Both the position numbers and the translations under genes were made by a program. Of a stretch of DNA of 32,000 bases, positions 27,652-32,000 are shown piece by piece. Source of the DNA: Aliivibrio fischeri ES114 (GTDB lineage: Bacteria; Pseudomonadota; Gammaproteobacteria; Enterobacterales; Vibrionaceae); the NCBI RefSeq assembly GCF_000011805.1, contig NC_006841.2; one strand, 5' to 3'. Below the pieces are notes generated by a model that ran no database searches, was not told the origin of the DNA, and saw only the letters and a program-made list of their open reading frames with translations. Every line of letters starts with the position of its first letter. The first letter of the stretch is position 1.

Positions 27652-28830
27652 ATGATGTCATTTATTAAAAAAGCTTGGGCTGTTTTTGCACGTCCGAGTG
27701 TTCATATCAGCTTGGGTGTTTTAACCCTTGGTGGTTTCGTTGCCGGGGTGATTTTCTGGGGTGGTTTTAATACTGCTTTAGAAGCAACAAATACAGAAGA
27801 ATTCTGTGTAAGCTGTCACGCAGATAACATTGCACCAGAATACGCTGGTACTATTCACGATAAAAACCGTTCAGGTGTACGTGCGACATGTCCAGACTGT
27901 CACGTTCCACATGATTGGACTTCAAAAATTGCTCGTAAAATGCAAGCAAGTAAAGAAGTATTTGCACACGTATTCGGCTTTATTGATACTCCAGAGAAAT
28001 TTGAAGAGCGTCGTATCATCTTAGCCCAACACGAGTGGGATCGCTTTAGCGCAAACAAATCTCTTGAATGTCGTAACTGTCACGACTACGACGGCATGGA
28101 TTTCTCTAAAATGCAGCCTACGGCTCGTATTCAAATGCAAGGTGCAAAAGAACGAGATCAAAGCTGTGTTGACTGTCACAAAGGTATCGCACACAAACTT
28201 CCAGCAAACATGGATAGCTCTGGTGGCATGATCAGCGAGTTAACTCAACTTGCAGGCAATACTAAGTATGAAGATGGTCAAACTTACGTTTCTGTTCGTC
28301 ACTTACCAATGTATGAAGATGAAAAACTAACTGTTGAAGCGGGTCTATTAAACCCTGCATCTCAAGTTACTGTACTTGAAGAGAAAGGCGATGCAATGAA
28401 AGTTGCTATCGACGGTTGGCGTAAAGTTAAAGGCTTCGGTCGTGTTATCCAAGAAGATTTTGGTATGAACATCGCTGTAGGTTCTTTACTTAAGAGCGTA
28501 TCTCAAAACGACAAATTTGTTCAGAAATTTGAAACTAAAGAAGATGAATTAACAGGTCTACCTTGGCAGCGTGTTACTGTGAATCTATGGATGAAGAAAG
28601 AAGACTTCATGCCTGATTACACAACGGTTTGGCAGAAAGCTGAAGAATCATACAAAACTAACTGTTCTGTATGTCACACACAGCCAGCAGAAGCACACTT
28701 CGATTCAAATACATGGCCTGGTATGTTTGACGGTATGATGGCATTCGTTAACTTCGATACAGACAGCAAGTCACTTGTATTGAAATACCTACAAAAACAC
28801 TCTTCAGATTTTTCTGACGAAAAACACTAA
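27652..28830 (+). CDS. torC: Pentaheme c-type cytochrome TorC
   Basis: Five CXXCH motifs (CVSCH, CPDCH, CRNCH, CVDCH, CSVCH), N-terminal membrane anchor. Confidence 0.94.
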   Translation: MMSFIKKAWAVFARPSVHISLGVLTLGGFVAGVIFWGGFNTALEATNTEEFCVSCHADNIAPEYAGTIHDKNRSGVRATCPDCHVPHDWTSKIARKMQASKEVFAHVFGFIDTPEKFEERRIILAQHEWDRFSANKSLECRNCHDYDGMDFSKMQPTARIQMQGAKERDQSCVDCHKGIAHKLPANMDSSGGMISELTQLAGNTKYEDGQTYVSVRHLPMYEDEKLTVEAGLLNPASQVTVLEEKGDAMKVAIDGWRKVKGFGRVIQEDFGMNIAVGSLLKSVSQNDKFVQKFETKEDELTGLPWQRVTVNLWMKKEDFMPDYTTVWQKAEESYKTNCSVCHTQPAEAHFDSNTWPGMFDGMMAFVNFDTDSKSLVLKYLQKHSSDFSDEKH

Positions 28831-28853
28831 GAATTAATTGGAGTAGATAGAAT

Positions 28854-31712
28854 ATGTCTATTAGCAGAAGAAGTTTTCTAAAAGGTGTTGCAACAACAAG
28901 TGCAGTATCTTTAGTAGGTCCAAGCCTACTAATGTCTTCAAAAGCAAATGCAGCTGAAACTACAGGTACATGGCGTACGTCTGGTTCACACTGGGGTGCA
29001 TTCCGTGCACACATCTACGGCGGTAAAGTTCAAGAGCTTAAAGCAATTGAATTAGATAAATACCCAACAGATATGTTGAATGGTATCAAAGGTATTATCT
29101 ACAGCCCAAGCCGTGTACGTTACCCAATGGTTCGTCTTGATTGGTTGAAAAAACACAAGTACTCAGCTGAGACTCGTGGTAACAACCGTTTTATCCGTGT
29201 AACTTGGGATGAAGCACTAGACCTTTTCTACCGTGAATTAGAGCGCGTTCAAAAAGACTACGGTCCATGGGCTCTACACGCAGGTCAAACTGGTTGGAAC
29301 CAAACAGGTTCTTTCCATAACTGTACAGCACAAATGCAACGTGCGGTTGGTATGCACGGTAACTTCATTAAGAAAGTAGGTGACTACTCGACGGGTGCTG
29401 GTCAAACGATCATGCCATACGTACTTGGTTCTACAGAAGTTTACGCACAAGGTACATCTTGGTCTGAGATCCTAAAACACTCAGACAACATTATCTTATG
29501 GGCAACGGATCCAGTTAAAAACTTACAAGTAGGTTGGAACTGTGAAACTCATGAATCTTACGCATACCTTGAGCAACTTAAAGAAAAAGTAGCGAAAGGT
29601 GAGATCAACGTACTTTCTGTTGACCCTGTTAAGAACAAAACACAGCGTTACCTACAGAATGACCACATGTACATTAACCCACAATCTGATGTGGCGTTCA
29701 TGCTGGCTGTAGCTTACACGCTATACACAGAAGACATGTACGATAAGAAGTTCATCGAAACTTACTGTTTAGGTTTTGATGAGTTCATGCAATACGTACT
29801 AGGTGAGACTAAAGATAAAGTAGTTAAAACTCCTGAGTGGGCTTCTGAAATCTGTGGCGTATCACCAGAGCAAATTCGTGAGTTTGCGAAAATGATGTCT
29901 ACTGGTCGTACACAGATCCTATTCGGCTGGTGTATTCAACGTCAACAACACGGTGAACAACCATACTGGATGGGTACAGTTCTATCAGCAATGACTGGTC
30001 AAATCGGTCTAGCTGGTGGTGGTGTATCTTACAGTCACCACTACTCAAGTGTTGGTGTTCCATCAACAGGATTCTCTGGTCCTGGTGGTTTCCCACGTAA
30101 CGTGGACCAAGGTCATGAGCCTAAATGGAATAACAATGACTACAACGGTTACAGCAGTACAATTCCTGTTGCTCGTTGGATCGACTGTCTATTAGAACCA
30201 GGTAAAGAGATCCGTTACAACGGTTCTAAAGTTGTACTACCTGATTTCAAAATGATGGTTATCTCTGGTAACAACCCTTGGCATCACCACCAAGATCGTA
30301 ACCGTATGAAGAAAGCGTTCCAAAAACTTCAAACTGTTGTGACAATTGATTTCACTTGGACTGCAACATGTCGTTTCTCAGACATCGTGCTACCAGCGTG
30401 TACGCAATGGGAACGTAATGATATTGACCAATACGGTTCATACTCTGCACGTGGTCTAATTGCAATGCATAAACTGGTTGATCCTCTGTATCAATCAAAA
30501 TCAGACTTCGAGATCATGACTGAGCTAACACGTCGTTTTGGCCGTCATAGCAGTACAATTCCTGTTGCTCGTTGGATCGACTGTCTATTAGAACCAGGTA
30601 AAGAGATCCGTTACAACGGTTCTAAAGTTGTACTACCTGATTTCAAAATGATGGTTATCTCTGGTAACAACCCTTGGCATCACCACCAAGATCGTAACCG
30701 TATGAAGAAAGCGTTCCAAAAACTTCAAACTGTTGTGACAATTGATTTCACTTGGACTGCAACATGTCGTTTCTCAGACATCGTGCTACCAGCGTGTACG
30801 CAATGGGAACGTAATGATATTGACCAATACGGTTCATACTCTGCACGTGGTCTAATTGCAATGCATAAACTGGTTGATCCTCTGTATCAATCAAAATCAG
30901 ACTTCGAGATCATGACTGAGCTAACACGTCGTTTTGGCCGTCATAAAGAATACACTCGTGGTATGGATGAAATGGAGTGGATCCGTTCACTTTATGCAGA
31001 ATGTCGCACAGCGAACGAAGGCAAGTTTGAAATGCCTGAGTTTGATGAGTTCTGGGAAAAAGGTGTTCTAGACTTCGGTGAAGGTAAGCCATGGGTACGT
31101 CATGCTGCGTTCCGTGAAGATCCAGAAGTTAACGCATTAGGTACACCATCAGGCTTCATCGAAATTTCAAGTCGTAAGATTGAACGTTTCGGTTATGAGC
31201 ACTGTCAAGGTCACCCAATGTGGTTCGAAAAATCAGAACGTTCACATGGTGGTCCTGGTTCTAAGAAACACCCATTCTGGATGCAATCTTGTCACCCTGA
31301 CAAGCGTCTGCACTCACAAATGTGTGATTCAGAAGAGTTCCGTGCAACTTACACAGTTCAAGGTCGTGAGCCGGTATACTTAAACCCACAAGATGCTAAA
31401 GAAAAAGGCATCAAAGATGGTGATTTAGTACGCGTATTTAATGATCGTGGTCAACTACTAGCTGGTGCAGTTCTAACTGATAGCTACCCACGTGGTGTTA
31501 TCCGTATTGAAGAAGGTGCATGGTACGGTCCATTGAACGAAAAAGTAGGTGCTATTTGTACTTACGGTGATCCAAACACATTAACGCAAGATATCCCATC
31601 ATCTGAGCTAGCTCAGGCGACATCTGCAAACACATGTTTGGTTGATTATGAGAAGTTCACAGGTAAAGTTCCACCAGTAACGTCATTCGGTGGTCCAATT
31701 ATTATTGAATAA
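28854..31712 (+). CDS. torA: Trimethylamine-N-oxide reductase TorA (molybdoenzyme) carrying an internal 132-aa tandem duplication
   Basis: Tat signal SRRSFLKG...ANA and molybdopterin oxidoreductase sequence, next to torC. 952 aa because residues encoded by 30153-30548 are repeated in 30549-30944. Confidence 0.93.
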   Translation: MSISRRSFLKGVATTSAVSLVGPSLLMSSKANAAETTGTWRTSGSHWGAFRAHIYGGKVQELKAIELDKYPTDMLNGIKGIIYSPSRVRYPMVRLDWLKKHKYSAETRGNNRFIRVTWDEALDLFYRELERVQKDYGPWALHAGQTGWNQTGSFHNCTAQMQRAVGMHGNFIKKVGDYSTGAGQTIMPYVLGSTEVYAQGTSWSEILKHSDNIILWATDPVKNLQVGWNCETHESYAYLEQLKEKVAKGEINVLSVDPVKNKTQRYLQNDHMYINPQSDVAFMLAVAYTLYTEDMYDKKFIETYCLGFDEFMQYVLGETKDKVVKTPEWASEICGVSPEQIREFAKMMSTGRTQILFGWCIQRQQHGEQPYWMGTVLSAMTGQIGLAGGGVSYSHHYSSVGVPSTGFSGPGGFPRNVDQGHEPKWNNNDYNGYSSTIPVARWIDCLLEPGKEIRYNGSKVVLPDFKMMVISGNNPWHHHQDRNRMKKAFQKLQTVVTIDFTWTATCRFSDIVLPACTQWERNDIDQYGSYSARGLIAMHKLVDPLYQSKSDFEIMTELTRRFGRHSSTIPVARWIDCLLEPGKEIRYNGSKVVLPDFKMMVISGNNPWHHHQDRNRMKKAFQKLQTVVTIDFTWTATCRFSDIVLPACTQWERNDIDQYGSYSARGLIAMHKLVDPLYQSKSDFEIMTELTRRFGRHKEYTRGMDEMEWIRSLYAECRTANEGKFEMPEFDEFWEKGVLDFGEGKPWVRHAAFREDPEVNALGTPSGFIEISSRKIERFGYEHCQGHPMWFEKSERSHGGPGSKKHPFWMQSCHPDKRLHSQMCDSEEFRATYTVQGREPVYLNPQDAKEKGIKDGDLVRVFNDRGQLLAGAVLTDSYPRGVIRIEEGAWYGPLNEKVGAICTYGDPNTLTQDIPSSELAQATSANTCLVDYEKFTGKVPPVTSFGGPIIIE
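30153..30944 (+). repeat. Two apparently identical head-to-tail copies of a 396-bp segment inside torA
   Basis: AGCAGTACAATTCCTGTTGCTCG...CGTTTTGGCCGTCAT occurs at 30153-30548 and again at 30549-30944. No differences seen by eye; the junction shares a single base (A) of homology. Confidence 0.95.
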
Positions 31713-31732
31713 TCATAATAATAAATAATATT

Positions 31733-31761
31733 AAAAAGCACCTAATTTAGGTGCTTTTTTT
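31733..31761 (+). terminator. Rho-independent terminator after torA
   Basis: AAAAAGCACCTAA-TTTAGGTGCTTTTTTT. Confidence 0.85.
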
Positions 31762-32000
31762 ATATATATAATTCATGATTTATAATATATATATCCAAGT
31801 TAAATTGATAACTAAATAACATATTCACAGAACTTATCTAATGCCGTTTTTTTTCTAAACTCGTGTTATTTCTCTATGAGAAATCATAAACTTGTATTAT
31901 TCTCTCGCCGAAATTTCACATTGCGTGAAATGTGCAGGATATAGCAAGAATGTCACACAAATTATTAACTAATCTAAAAACAAAATATCAAATATTAGTC

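Noticed and set aside
29899-31383. Short ORFs 29899-30096, 30910-31092 and 31180-31383 overlapping torA
   Set aside because: They are antisense or out of frame within a clearly coding gene, with no motifs; byproducts of codon usage.
1-32000. Defence system, CRISPR array, retron, integron, prophage or IS element
   Set aside because: No reverse transcriptase, transposase, integrase, nuclease-cassette or regularly spaced direct-repeat pattern was seen. The exported EEP-family protein at 11017-11910 and the diguanylate cyclase at 5827-7062 are single genes with no defence partners. The tRNA-Asp/tRNA-Ser cluster has no adjacent integrase.

Overview
32 kb of low-GC gammaproteobacterial sequence. 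The gene content resembles Vibrionaceae, possibly Aliivibrio, but that is inference from content only. It is dominated by housekeeping and metabolic genes: a DUF808-family membrane protein (5'-truncated by the window), an interrupted LysR regulator, acyltransferase-3, a trypsin-like GlyGly-CTERM protease, a fatty acid desaturase, a PAS-PAS-GGDEF protein, tRNA-Asp and tRNA-Ser plus a decayed tRNA-Asp copy, two retropepsin-like proteins, a TerC-family protein with a yybP-ykoY-type leader, a Sel1-repeat protein, nrdDG with a perfect FNR box, an aromatic/aspartate-type aminotransferase, two tandem MltF-like SBP+SLT lytic transglycosylases, cobQ-modABC, yjjG, DUF2986/DUF2058 proteins and torECA. 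The strongest anomaly is an apparently exact 396-bp in-frame tandem duplication inside torA (132 aa repeated, 952 aa instead of about 820). The next most notable are the TerC leader with an SD-sequestering hairpin, the in-frame amber codon splitting the LysR gene, and the decayed tRNA-Asp duplicate. I found no defence island, CRISPR array, retron, prophage or transposase, and no convincing undescribed multi-gene system.
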